This document shows positions 1-9,075 of a stretch of DNA of 64,000 nucleotides, piece by piece. Both the position numbers and the translations under genes were made by a program. The number at the start of each line of letters is the position of its first letter. Position 1 is the first letter of the stretch. The notes beneath the pieces are model-generated. The model saw nothing but the letters and a program-made list of their open reading frames with translations, ran no database searches and was not told the origin of the DNA. This stretch comes from Orbus sasakiae (GTDB lineage: Bacteria; Pseudomonadota; Gammaproteobacteria; Enterobacterales; Orbaceae). The DNA is taken from NCBI RefSeq assembly GCF_039542345.1, contig NZ_BAABHY010000006.1:28292-92291 (forward strand), given 5' to 3'.

Positions 1-1
1 T

Positions 2-361
2 GAGGAATTGAAGAAAGCGCTACAAAACAGTCGTGGACCTGGTAACTTTCGTAATCTACTAATGTATGCACCAAATGGTAAACCCGACGGATTAAAATTA
101 ATTCCAGTTGGCGAGGTAGCTGCCAAAGATAACTTTGCTGATATTAAATCCGTTAGCCAAGATGATATTTTAACGGCGCACCGAGTACCACCGTCATTGA
201 TGGGAATTACTCCTAAAAATACAGGTGGATTTGGCGATCCTGAAAAGGCATCAAAAGTATTTGCCCGTAACGAAATTAAACCACTTCAGGATAGATTTTT
301 ACAACTGAATGATTGGATGGGGGAGGAAATAGTAAGATTTAATTCTTATTCTCTTGAGTAA
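2..361 (+). CDS. Phage portal protein (P2 gpQ-like), C-terminal fragment; the gene starts upstream of the window
   Basis: Reading frame is open to the window edge. Contains the portal-family motif '...RVPPSLMGI...GGFGDPEKA'. Convergent with the gpA-side genes, as Q is in P2. Confidence 0.55.
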   Translation, partial: EELKKALQNSRGPGNFRNLLMYAPNGKPDGLKLIPVGEVAAKDNFADIKSVSQDDILTAHRVPPSLMGITPKNTGGFGDPEKASKVFARNEIKPLQDRFLQLNDWMGEEIVRFNSYSLE

Positions 362-380
362 ATAACCTAAAACGCTCTAT

Positions 381-406
381 AACGCCCATAATGGGCGTTT
401 TTTATT
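381..406 (+). terminator. Rho-independent terminator after the portal gene
   Basis: Hairpin aacgcccat/atgggcgtt followed by a T-run. Confidence 0.6.
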
Positions 407-669
407 ATCTATAGGGTTTATTGGAATTACTTAGATCGTTTAATTCTATTTAAATTTGATATGCCTGCATTGATTTTTTGATGCTATTTTTAAAGATTTA
501 CAGTGAAATTGCGCCGTTGAAACCCCACCCCACCCTCGCACTAAAAGTGTGTGAATTTGTGCAAAATTGCAAACCGCATAAAACAAGCCCTAGCAAAAGG
601 GCTTGAGCTGTTTTTGATCCTTTTTAGATCTTGCATTTTCGTGCAGTATAGCCGTGCAGTAAAAAAATT

Positions 670-846
670 TTAGCTATTTTCTTTTTTAGGTTTATCGATA
701 AGACACTCTTTTATTGGCTCCAGTAAATCTCGAATCCAAAATAGTGTTACATCCTTATCCCTTTCTGTTAGGTGTTCTGATTCAGTTACAACACGAATAA
801 GTAGCTCTGCTCGTTCAACTCTTTTTGCATTCTCTAATTCCTTCAT
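670..846 (-). CDS. Small hypothetical protein (58 aa), below the ORF-track threshold
   Basis: ATG preceded by GAGGTGA 7 nt upstream. Sits between the portal gene and the cargo cassette. Confidence 0.3.
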   Translation of the reverse strand: MKELENAKRVERAELLIRVVTESEHLTERDKDVTLFWIRDLLEPIKECLIDKPKKENS

Positions 847-1028
847 AGATAAATCACCTCAAAATTAATATTTAGTTTAACTTATCAAAAATAAGTAGTG
901 AGTTATCGCGCGATATAGAAATGCTAACGGATAAATACCTCAATTGCATTAGTTTAATCAATATCCATTTGTTTGATTAAATCGTTGATTTCTTAATTTA
1001 AAATTTGCTATTATAAAAAGTTTTGTTC

Positions 1029-1628
1029 TTAAAAATGCTCAACATGGGTGTTATATAATATTTTGGCAGATTGTTTTATAAGATAGTAGTATTCAACCGC
1101 CTCTTTCATTGTAGGTAGTAAACAATTTTTATCATGAGTTAGTTCATTTCTGCGGTTAGTAAGTGTAGAAATTATTTTAGAGTGATCTTCAGATATAAGA
1201 TGTTGCCAAGCTTGGAGCCTTTTTTTGTTATAAGGCCCTTCAAAAGTAATTAGAAATTCTTTATATATTTCAAACTGCTCTATTATTGCTAGTTTAGCAA
1301 TTACAGATTCAACTCTAGACCCGTCTTTGTTTCTTGGTGGAGACATAGGGGCAGTAACTCCACCATTTGCATTTTTGATAGGAGTATTTCCTATGACTAA
1401 ATTTGCAGCGACACTAAATTCTTTACTCATATTTAATATATATGGATATTCATGATTAATTTGTTCAGCATTTGCTGGAGCTGATAGACAAGGACCTTCT
1501 GTCCAGGCTAAATTATCCTTACCCAAAAATTTCCAATCTAGCATTTTTTCTGCTGAACGCGCATTATCGTAAACAAAACAAGCAGATAATAAGGCCTCTC
1601 CTGAATTTTTAATGTAATCCTCTATCAT
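1029..1628 (-). CDS. HEPN-motif protein (candidate RNase), second gene of the cargo cassette
   Basis: 199 aa with C-terminal 'RRNELTH' (R-x4-6-H, RN..H-type HEPN signature). Starts 9 bp after the upstream TM gene. Very AT-rich. Confidence 0.55.
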   Translation of the reverse strand: MIEDYIKNSGEALLSACFVYDNARSAEKMLDWKFLGKDNLAWTEGPCLSAPANAEQINHEYPYILNMSKEFSVAANLVIGNTPIKNANGGVTAPMSPPRNKDGSRVESVIAKLAIIEQFEIYKEFLITFEGPYNKKRLQAWQHLISEDHSKIISTLTNRRNELTHDKNCLLPTMKEAVEYYYLIKQSAKILYNTHVEHF

Positions 1629-1637
1629 TTTCTTAAC

Positions 1638-2780
1638 CTATTCATTATTTAATAATTCTTTTGGCAATTTATCATTTTCAACAAAAAACTTTAAGATAGG
1701 AAGTATATTGTTAATGTAATATGGGTTTTGATCAAATGCAGAAGAGGTATATTTAATATATAAAGATAATTTAAAATTTTCATTTAGATTTAATTTTAAA
1801 ATCTCGTTTTGAAAATTCTTGATTGTTAGATTTTCTTGTTCTAATTGAGTTAGGTAATCATTTTTTTTTGGTTCCTTTAAATTAGCTTTCAATTTATCTT
1901 CAAGATCATTTTTTTTATTTATATGCTGAAAATATGATGCAATTTTTATGAGTTGGATATCGTTTGTCATCATCATTGAAATTTGTTCTAAGTTTATATG
2001 TTCAAGAAATTTAAATTTATTTAAATATTTTCTATAGTCTTCAAATTTACTAATGGAGGATGGATTTCGTAATCCATTCATAGCAATTACATATAGTAAA
2101 TGTTCGGATATAAAAGAACGCAAAAGACCAGAATAATCATAAATACAACTAACATTGTTTTCATTATCATCAAGGTATTTTAAAAAACGATATAAAAATC
2201 TTAAATAAGCATTAATTGTATTATGTTTTCCTTCGGAAAAAATGCTCTCTAATGTTTTTTGTGTCCAGTTAAAATTGATAACGCCATCAGCTCTTCTAAT
2301 TCGAGATGTAGTTAATTCATTATAAATATTAGTAATATTTTCTGAAAAATCTTTTTGCAGGAAAAAAGCATTATGCTGTTCAAGCATTAATGTAAACATT
2401 CTATCAAAATCATTTTTTTCCGATTCTTTATCTTGTCTTTCTAGTTGTTTTTTTAGTTCTTTGTTTTGATTATGGTTTGTCCATAATAAAATGATTATTG
2501 TTATAAAAGTTAGAATTGGATTGAGAATACCACCTATGTAGTCCCCCATAGCTCCCCAATCTTCTTGGGTTGTCATAATATTATCTACTTTCTTAAAATA
2601 GTTTACATAATCAATTGCTATATTTAGTATCAATAAAAAACATATAACAATAAAAAAAATTGAAACAAGTCCAAACTCATATTTTTTATTAATCCAGATT
2701 CCAAACAAAGCAGTAATTGATACAACTACAACCAAGGAAATAGTAAAATTTAAATCACTCAATAAATTAAAAAACAACAT
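1638..2780 (-). CDS. Membrane protein (3 N-terminal TM helices plus a Lys/Glu/Asn-rich cytoplasmic domain), first gene of the cargo cassette
   Basis: 380 aa. Three hydrophobic helices in the first ~100 aa. No recognisable catalytic motif. Confidence 0.65.
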   Translation of the reverse strand: MLFFNLLSDLNFTISLVVVVSITALFGIWINKKYEFGLVSIFFIVICFLLILNIAIDYVNYFKKVDNIMTTQEDWGAMGDYIGGILNPILTFITIIILLWTNHNQNKELKKQLERQDKESEKNDFDRMFTLMLEQHNAFFLQKDFSENITNIYNELTTSRIRRADGVINFNWTQKTLESIFSEGKHNTINAYLRFLYRFLKYLDDNENNVSCIYDYSGLLRSFISEHLLYVIAMNGLRNPSSISKFEDYRKYLNKFKFLEHINLEQISMMMTNDIQLIKIASYFQHINKKNDLEDKLKANLKEPKKNDYLTQLEQENLTIKNFQNEILKLNLNENFKLSLYIKYTSSAFDQNPYYINNILPILKFFVENDKLPKELLNNE

Positions 2781-2800
2781 TCCAATACCTTATATTTGAG

Positions 2801-2829
2801 TTATAAAAAAGTAGCCCACACAGTGGGCT
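2801..2829 (-). terminator. Rho-independent terminator (minus strand) insulating the cargo cassette from the early operon
   Basis: On the minus strand: cagcccac-tgt-gtgggctg followed by TTTTTTAT. Confidence 0.5.
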
Positions 2830-2867
2830 GTTGGATTTTATATGGTTTTAGGTATTAAGTCACTTTG

Positions 2868-3068
2868 TTACTTAGCTTTTTTCATTACGCTGTATAGTAG
2901 ATCTGCAATGCAGCTTACTGCGATTATGAATTCGTTTTTATTTGTATGATCGGCACTTAATAGGAATCGGGCGAGTAGTTCGGCTTGTTCGAGTTTTGCG
3001 TAACTGTCTATGTTAATTTGAACTGTATCGTTAGAAGTTGCAATGTTTAAAATTGATTGGTTTTTCAT
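2868..3068 (-). CDS. Small phage hypothetical protein (66 aa from the internal ATG)
   Basis: ATG with an AAAAGGA RBS. The track ORF 2868..3158 probably carries an N-terminal over-extension. Confidence 0.4.
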   Translation of the reverse strand: MKNQSILNIATSNDTVQINIDSYAKLEQAELLARFLLSADHTNKNEFIIAVSCIADLLYSVMKKAK

Positions 3069-3311
3069 GACTAAATTCCTTTTGGGTTTAGATAATTTAA
3101 TCACCACCAGCACGCCAATACTGGGGGTGAACTGAACAAGGTTGGCGTACCGCCCCAAAAGATCACGGCGAGCCTTTCGGCTCCCTCATCCAGCCCACCA
3201 TAGAAAAGATGCAACTAGATTGTAAGCATAAAAATACCGCATTGAGCGGTTATGCTCTTTTGGGAATAATCCAAGACGCCAATCTTGACGTTAGATTTTG
3301 CTAACGTGCTT

Positions 3312-3491
3312 TTAATATATATCTGTTTGGTTTTTGTTGTCAACTTTTCCCTTAATTGCCTTTAAATGGTCAAGCGCTTTTTGTAGCTGATCCAGTGAAC
3401 AATTGCAGCTATATTGTAGTGAATTTAATTCGTTAATAATTTTTAAAATAGTTGCTGGTGGCGGTCTCGGTCTAAATCTTGGTATGGCCAT
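3312..3491 (-). CDS. Small hypothetical protein (59 aa) immediately downstream of gpA (orf91-like position)
   Basis: ATG 10 nt after the gpA stop, with a GGAGAG RBS. Cys-containing. Confidence 0.3.
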   Translation of the reverse strand: MAIPRFRPRPPPATILKIINELNSLQYSCNCSLDQLQKALDHLKAIKGKVDNKNQTDIY

Positions 3492-3503
3492 GTTGCTCTC
3501 CTT

Positions 3504-5672
3504 TTAAAATGAGAATTCAAAATCATCAAATGTACTGATTTTTAACGGTTTTTTAGTGCTATTTTGTCTGTTCTGTGGTGAATTACAGACGATAAGATGC
3601 ACTCCATTTAAAGTGTTATCTAATTTTAAGTATTGGTTTTGACTGATTTTTATACTTTCTCGTAAATAAAGTCGATTTACAGCCAGATCATCATCTGGAA
3701 TACCGATTATTTTTAGCTGTTTTTTTATTTCTTCTCGCTGATCGTCCGCATCATCTTTAAAATTCTGCGTACAGTTATTGACAGAACTCCAAGGCGTGCG
3801 TTCCGCACGATTTTTAAGGTCAAGAGCCTTGCTTGTTTGGCCTTTTTGGATAATCTTACATTTTATTAACCTGGTGCAAATGTATGACGTTAGCCCGACG
3901 ATAGGGGAAAACACACCATTGATTTTTTTGATTGGCTCTTCATATTGGTTGAGTTGCTCTTCATAAGATAGGCGAACGGCTAGATCTTTGCGTTTTACCA
4001 TAGGTCCACCTTGATGGATAGTGTAAGCAGCCCAATCGCCGATATCGGCAGAAGCAAGAACAGGATCGATCACGCTTTCATCTACTGTTTTATCTTTGAG
4101 CCGGCGCAACTCTCGCCAAACAGTAACAGGCGCACCGCCTATTTGTTGAAATTGTCTAATCTTCCATCTGCTTGCCCATGCGGTAACGGCTTTTGCCATA
4201 TTCTTTAAGTTTTGACCAGATTCATTATCGACCGCATCATCAAGTGCATAACCATCAATATTTTTAGATATATATTTTGCTATGTAACCTGTGGCACTCC
4301 CTTTTTCTTTCTCAATCATTTTGAATTCAAAACGGTTTTTAGCGGCTCCTTTTTCGTGACCATCTTCATCCATGGCGTAGATCCACATAATTTTAAATGC
4401 TTTGCTGATATCTTCGGGACGCATAAAAACAAGAATATGCCAATGAGGTGTTCCGTCGTGATGTGGTTCGGCAACTCGAAAACCAAAAACTTTGATATCT
4501 TCACGGGATAGTTTTGCTCGGATTCGTGACCACACTTTACATAAATAGGCTTGAGTATCTTGAGGCGTATTACCAATCCAATTTTCAACAAAGCCACCTC
4601 TTGAATAAACACTGTGATATTTAGATGGGGCGGTTAAAGTAATAAAAGCGCCACAATAGCCAAACTCTTCAGCAATATCTTCAAAACCACGCATACGATT
4701 CATTAACTCAACTCGGCGAATAGCTGGATTAGCAATGGATTTGTAAACTTGTAAATCAAGTGGGATCTGCTCGCCAGTTTCCTCATTTTCGATTGCCATT
4801 CGTTCAAGGTATTTACGATTTCGGCGTTTTTGTTCGTTGAATTCGTTGATACATGAACGGCTTGCGTATGGGCTGGCTTTAGCTTGAACTTGACCAACAG
4901 CAATGGCTAAATGTTCTTTTTGAGTATCACGGCGACGTTGCAATTTATTACGCCACCAATCTTCATTGGTGACTTTTGCCCATGCTTTTATGATGTTTTC
5001 ATTGGTGAGTTTGTCATTTTTATAATCAGCATAGTAGGGCGGTGTAACATTGATTCCGTTTAACTCTTTCAAAATGAGTGAGTAAATTTTGTGTTCGATT
5101 GAATTTTGGTTCACTTCATTAGCTGAAAGAGAAAACGAACTTTCATCCAGTTTTTGAGTGATTAAGTTATTAATATGGCGAGCAATATCGACACTTAATT
5201 TATTAATGCTTTCACGCTCGTATGTTGGCAACTTTTCAAACTCGGCACCAAATACGATAGTCAACGAACTTGGCTTATCTGCTTCATATTTTTGATTTAA
5301 AAGATCAAGTCGACCTTTGATATTTCCGCCTAAGGTTTTGCGTAAAAAAGTATTCGCAGCACGGCGACTTTTCGACTGAAATAAATCAATATATTTATTG
5401 GTAAAATAACTACTTAAATAGTTTGGCAAATTGCCAATATAGTTAGATCTAAAGGCATGATCTTCGTGGTCAATATTCCACAGTTTTATTTCATTATAGG
5501 AAATATCATCAGGAATTCTTTTAGCTACAATTGGCTTTGCTGTTGGCGTTCTATCCACTTTTTTATTTGGTAAGAATCGCCCAACATTTTCATAATAATC
5601 ACGCATAGCCACAAACAAGGAATATTTATCCTTGTTTGAGATTAATGGTAATTGTTGCGTGAATGAGACCAT
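3504..5672 (-). CDS. Phage replication initiation endonuclease, P2 gpA family (rolling-circle HUH nuclease)
   Basis: 722 aa. Contains 'HHDGTPHWHILVF', the HUH-type motif typical of the P2 A / phiX174 A superfamily. Size and position match P2 gene A. Confidence 0.85.
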   Translation of the reverse strand: MVSFTQQLPLISNKDKYSLFVAMRDYYENVGRFLPNKKVDRTPTAKPIVAKRIPDDISYNEIKLWNIDHEDHAFRSNYIGNLPNYLSSYFTNKYIDLFQSKSRRAANTFLRKTLGGNIKGRLDLLNQKYEADKPSSLTIVFGAEFEKLPTYERESINKLSVDIARHINNLITQKLDESSFSLSANEVNQNSIEHKIYSLILKELNGINVTPPYYADYKNDKLTNENIIKAWAKVTNEDWWRNKLQRRRDTQKEHLAIAVGQVQAKASPYASRSCINEFNEQKRRNRKYLERMAIENEETGEQIPLDLQVYKSIANPAIRRVELMNRMRGFEDIAEEFGYCGAFITLTAPSKYHSVYSRGGFVENWIGNTPQDTQAYLCKVWSRIRAKLSREDIKVFGFRVAEPHHDGTPHWHILVFMRPEDISKAFKIMWIYAMDEDGHEKGAAKNRFEFKMIEKEKGSATGYIAKYISKNIDGYALDDAVDNESGQNLKNMAKAVTAWASRWKIRQFQQIGGAPVTVWRELRRLKDKTVDESVIDPVLASADIGDWAAYTIHQGGPMVKRKDLAVRLSYEEQLNQYEEPIKKINGVFSPIVGLTSYICTRLIKCKIIQKGQTSKALDLKNRAERTPWSSVNNCTQNFKDDADDQREEIKKQLKIIGIPDDDLAVNRLYLRESIKISQNQYLKLDNTLNGVHLIVCNSPQNRQNSTKKPLKISTFDDFEFSF

Positions 5673-5684
5673 AGCTAATGAACC

Positions 5685-6509
5685 CTAAACCATATCTGGC
5701 GTTAATACGCCTATAATTTCTTTGGCTTGTTCTCGGTTGCCATTGGCGGCGACAGATCGCCGTGCTTGGATTGAATAAATTTTAAATTGTCGGAATAGGT
5801 AACGGGTATCTGATGTATCGTGATTAGAGATCACAGCACATGCGCCACGTTTTACAGCTTTATAAAGGTGGTAAGCTAATTGTTCCGTTTCGTTATAATC
5901 AAAAGTTGATGGTGTATACCCGTTAAAGCTAACGTCACCACCTAACGGCAAATAAGGGGGATCACAATAAATTACATCACCATTACTAGCGTAGTTAACG
6001 GTGTTTTTATAATCACAGCGAAGCAGTTCAATTGAAAAAGGAATTTGATTCAGCTTTTCTGAAAAAAGCATTAATTCATTAGTAGGATTGTATATATTTT
6101 TATGTTTACCCTCTGGAACATTAAATTGACCACTTTTATTGTATCGGCATACACCATTAAAGCAGTGGCGATTTAAATAGATAAATAATGCAGCTCGTTT
6201 ATTTGTTTGAGATGAGTTATTAAATAATTCCCTTGCTTCATAATAATTAGGGTTTTGACTAAAATAGAAATCAACAAGCGAGATTAATTTTTGTGGCTCT
6301 GCTTTTAACCGGTTATAAACATTGATCAAATCCTGATTAATGTCCGCTAAAAGATACTGTTTATAATTGGTATTGATAAAAACATTACCGCCACCAACAA
6401 AAGGTTCAATCAACCGTTCGCCTTTTGGTAAATACTGCAATAATTGAGGAATAACTCGGCCTTTTCCGCCCATCCATTTAAGGAAAGAGCGATTTGTTTT
6501 AGTTTGCAT
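5685..6509 (-). CDS. dam: DNA adenine methyltransferase, Dam ortholog (D12 class)
   Basis: 'FLKWMGGKGRV...EPFVGGGNVF...NRHCFNGVCRYN...CDPPY' aligns with E. coli Dam motifs by eye. Confidence 0.85.
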   Translation of the reverse strand: MQTKTNRSFLKWMGGKGRVIPQLLQYLPKGERLIEPFVGGGNVFINTNYKQYLLADINQDLINVYNRLKAEPQKLISLVDFYFSQNPNYYEARELFNNSSQTNKRAALFIYLNRHCFNGVCRYNKSGQFNVPEGKHKNIYNPTNELMLFSEKLNQIPFSIELLRCDYKNTVNYASNGDVIYCDPPYLPLGGDVSFNGYTPSTFDYNETEQLAYHLYKAVKRGACAVISNHDTSDTRYLFRQFKIYSIQARRSVAANGNREQAKEIIGVLTPDMV

Positions 6510-6525
6510 TGTGAACCCTTAAAAC

Positions 6526-7326
6526 TTAATAGTTACTATCTTTTATCCAAATACATTCCTTACGGATGATTTGGCCTTTTTGACCTGCTGCGCGTGCTGG
6601 TGAAGTTCTTTTTTGCCAGACAAATAAATAGTCGTTATATAAATCGCAATCGTATCCAGAAATAACCACGCTTCCGGACAGATTATTTGCTGAAATTAAT
6701 AATTGTTCGTGGTCGTCAATTGCCATTTCGTATTGATAAACATTGGTTGATGTTCTTGTTTCGCTCATGTAGGGCGGATCTAAATAGAACAAGGTTTTTG
6801 GTGAATCGTGTTTTTGTAATAGTTCCAATGCCGGAATATTTTCTATAATCACGCCAGTTAAGCGTTGGCAAATAAATGCTAAGTTGTTAGGTATTTTTGC
6901 CCATACTGTTGCATCAGTGGTTTTGCCTTTTCTTGTGCTACCCGAAAAGCCAGTACAACCTTTAATGCAACCAGTTGAAGAAAAAGACATAAATGACCTA
7001 ACTAACATTCGGCGAGCCTGTTCAACTTGCTGCGAACCTAAACTATTACCGGCATCAAAATACTCACTGCGGTGAAATGGTGTTAATGCAACTAAATCAA
7101 TTAGTTGCTTGGAAAGAATCGGATCCCTTAATACCTTAAATAAATTGACAACATCATTATTAAGATCGTTATAAACCTCATTACCCAATCTTGGTTTTTG
7201 AAGTAATACGCCAGCAGCACCGCCAAAGGCTTCAACATAAATTTCATGTTTAGGAAAATGGCTAATAATCCAAGGGGCTAACCTAAATTTACCGCCAAAA
7301 TATCTTAATAATGGATGTTTGATCAT
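6526..7326 (-). CDS. Second N6-adenine DNA methyltransferase (D12 class, divergent from Dam)
   Basis: 'RYFGGKFRLAPWI...EAFGGAAGV' (motif I) and 'DPPY' (motif IV). Confidence 0.75.
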   Translation of the reverse strand: MIKHPLLRYFGGKFRLAPWIISHFPKHEIYVEAFGGAAGVLLQKPRLGNEVYNDLNNDVVNLFKVLRDPILSKQLIDLVALTPFHRSEYFDAGNSLGSQQVEQARRMLVRSFMSFSSTGCIKGCTGFSGSTRKGKTTDATVWAKIPNNLAFICQRLTGVIIENIPALELLQKHDSPKTLFYLDPPYMSETRTSTNVYQYEMAIDDHEQLLISANNLSGSVVISGYDCDLYNDYLFVWQKRTSPARAAGQKGQIIRKECIWIKDSNY

Positions 7327-7529
7327 TTTGTTAATCTTTCCTTAATTTGCTGACAATCAACACACAACTTACAGCCTTGTAGGAGTTGGCGGCGTTTTTC
7401 GGGAATGGGGTCGCCACACTCGAGGCAGTTAATTGCCGATTCGCCTACAAATACGGTTTGCCGTTTAACTAAAATGTTATCGATTTCTTGTTGTGCTAAA
7501 TCATTGGCACGGTCGATTGTGTCTCGCAT
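7323..7529 (-). CDS. TraR/DksA-family C4 zinc-finger protein (phage)
   Basis: 'CLECGDPIPEKRR...CKLCVDCQ' C4 arrangement. 68 aa. 4-nt overlap with the upstream gene. Confidence 0.7.
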   Translation of the reverse strand: MRDTIDRANDLAQQEIDNILVKRQTVFVGESAINCLECGDPIPEKRRQLLQGCKLCVDCQQIKERLTK

Positions 7530-7762
7530 TAGGCATGCGCCTCGTGCTTTTCGTTTTGCATTTTTGTGGCTTCTTGCTCTAAAAGTTCGGCTGCTTCATG
7601 TGGCGATAAAAAATTGATGCGGATGTGACCTGCTAAACGTTCTAAACGAGCGGAAAATACATCACATAAACCTTGTTTTGTTTCTGTTTTGGCTTGATTT
7701 AATGCCATTAGTAATGCATCACCTTCAAACCCATTAAGCGAAGTCATTGGATTGTTCGACAT
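7529..7762 (-). CDS. Phage hypothetical protein
   Basis: ATGA overlap with the downstream gene. Lies in the early operon. Confidence 0.45.
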   Translation of the reverse strand: MSNNPMTSLNGFEGDALLMALNQAKTETKQGLCDVFSARLERLAGHIRINFLSPHEAAELLEQEATKMQNEKHEAHA

Positions 7763-8162
7763 GATTAGCTCCTTTTGCTATGTGAGCGACAAGATCCGCT
7801 CGTTGTTGTAACTGGCGATGTAAATCGCAATTCATTTTTTTTGCTTCAATATGTACTTTTTGGAAATCTTCTTTTTTGCAGTTAACAAACTGATTAACAA
7901 TGATTTGTAATCGTTTAATGCCAACCGACAATTTTTTGACATCACTATCACTTAACTGTGACCAACTGGATTGGTCTGTCTCTAAGCCGGATGCAATTAA
8001 TAAATAGCGTTTTTGATTAGGTGATAAACGTTCAAAAGCCAAACGGGCCAAACTGCGATCATTAACAATCAGTTCTCGACATGCCCGAATATGTTCAAGG
8101 TTATTCATTCTTTGGGCTTTGGCTTGCGGTGTTTCTTGAATAGCCATAAAAATCACCTTCAC
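7734..8162 (-). CDS. Phage early protein, unknown function (in the position of a P2 B-like gene)
   Basis: 142 aa. Lies in the early operon between the Cox-like gene and gpA. Confidence 0.5.
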   Translation of the reverse strand: MKVIFMAIQETPQAKAQRMNNLEHIRACRELIVNDRSLARLAFERLSPNQKRYLLIASGLETDQSSWSQLSDSDVKKLSVGIKRLQIIVNQFVNCKKEDFQKVHIEAKKMNCDLHRQLQQRADLVAHIAKGANHVEQSNDFA

Positions 8163-8172
8163 AAAATAATTA

Positions 8173-8307
8173 TTAACGTTGAGTTAACTTAACCGCTTTG
8201 CCGTTTGGTTTTTCGATCCAACCTTTGCGGTTATGGTTGTTGGTTTTGATAAAAATTAAAGCAGGCTTATCGGCTGCTTTTGGACTTAAATAGATTGCGT
8301 GGCTCAT
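8173..8307 (-). CDS. Small phage protein (44 aa), translationally coupled (ATGA) to the Cox-like gene
   Basis: AGGA RBS. Start overlaps the upstream stop. Occupies the P2 orf78-like position. Confidence 0.3.
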   Translation of the reverse strand: MSHAIYLSPKAADKPALIFIKTNNHNRKGWIEKPNGKAVKLTQR

Positions 8308-8549
8308 GATTTATCCTCGTCGAGTTTTAACTCTGGGTTAAATGCTTTTGCACCTTCCAAAGTTAAGGCTGTCATGTTGATAAGCGTTGTAGAACGGTCG
8401 TACTTACCAGTGATTTTCTTTTTACGAATAGGGAGCTTACCTTCGCTAATGTACTTTTTAACGGTGCGAGGATTCATGCCCGACACACGAGCAAACTCGT
8501 CAACCGTGACATAAGGTGATGAAATAGCTATTGATATTGTTGGCGTCAT
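8304..8549 (-). CDS. HTH DNA-binding regulator (Cox/Apl-like early-operon regulator)
   Basis: 81 aa. 'TVDEFARVSGMNPRTVKKYISEGKLP' is an HTH. First gene of the leftward early operon, divergent from the repressor. Confidence 0.55.
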   Translation of the reverse strand: MTPTISIAISSPYVTVDEFARVSGMNPRTVKKYISEGKLPIRKKKITGKYDRSTTLINMTALTLEGAKAFNPELKLDEDKS

Positions 8550-8669
8550 AGTGCATTATTCCTAGTTAGATGATTTTATATGTTCAAATAGGTAAAATCT
8601 AAATTCAAGTTAAATATATTCTAAATTGAATTTAGAGTCAACGCCTTTTTATTAACTTTAGGTTTGATT
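8550..8669. promoter_or_regulatory. Immunity-switch intergenic region with repeated half-sites (putative operators)
   Basis: Half-site ctaaatt occurs twice direct (8600, 8621) and once inverted (8629-8635), forming a perfect 7+7 palindrome ctaaattGaatttag. AT-rich divergent promoters. Confidence 0.4.
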
Positions 8670-9029
8670 ATGAAAATTAATTTTGAAAGTGGTGGTGCGG
8701 AAGTTATAGATAGAATTATTAAGGCCTATGGTTTTAGGACAAAATTGGAATACAGTAATTATTTAGGCACATCTTCGGCTAATATGTCTGCACGTTATAA
8801 AAAAGGTTTTTTCCCTTCAGACTTAGTTGTCCGATGTATGGCCGAAACGGGCGCAACATTGGAATGGCTTGTTACTGGTGAGGGCGAGTTTTCACCAAAC
8901 GAACCAACCCCAAAAGAAACCGTTCTATCGGATGAAACACTGGAAAAACTTGAACGATTAGTCACCCTAAAAGAAAAGGGCGCAATAACCGAACAAGAGT
9001 TTAATGATCTTAAAGCTAAGTTGATTTGA
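8670..9029 (+). CDS. CI-type phage repressor with a C-terminal SHOCT-like domain
   Basis: The N-terminus resembles the Phage_CI_repr HTH. C-terminal 'LEKLERLVTLKEKGAITEQEFNDLKAKL' is a SHOCT-like motif. An AGGT RBS precedes ATG 8670; the track ORF starts at an upstream TTG. Confidence 0.65.
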   Translation: MKINFESGGAEVIDRIIKAYGFRTKLEYSNYLGTSSANMSARYKKGFFPSDLVVRCMAETGATLEWLVTGEGEFSPNEPTPKETVLSDETLEKLERLVTLKEKGAITEQEFNDLKAKLI

Positions 9030-9075
9030 TTATTATTTAGATAAAAATTATGGCCTAATAAAAAATGGATAACTA

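Noticed and set aside
3778-4612. Track ORFs 3778..3966, 4011..4208, 4212..4511 (+) and 4316..4612 (-) inside or antisense to the gpA-like gene
   Set aside because: They are fully embedded in a strongly supported 722-aa CDS with conserved motifs. They have no RBS or conservation signal and are typical spurious frames in AT-rich DNA.
8299-8514. 71-aa plus-strand ORF opposite the Cox-like gene
   Set aside because: It is the antisense frame of a gene with a clear HTH. It has no RBS and low-complexity Ser/Leu composition.
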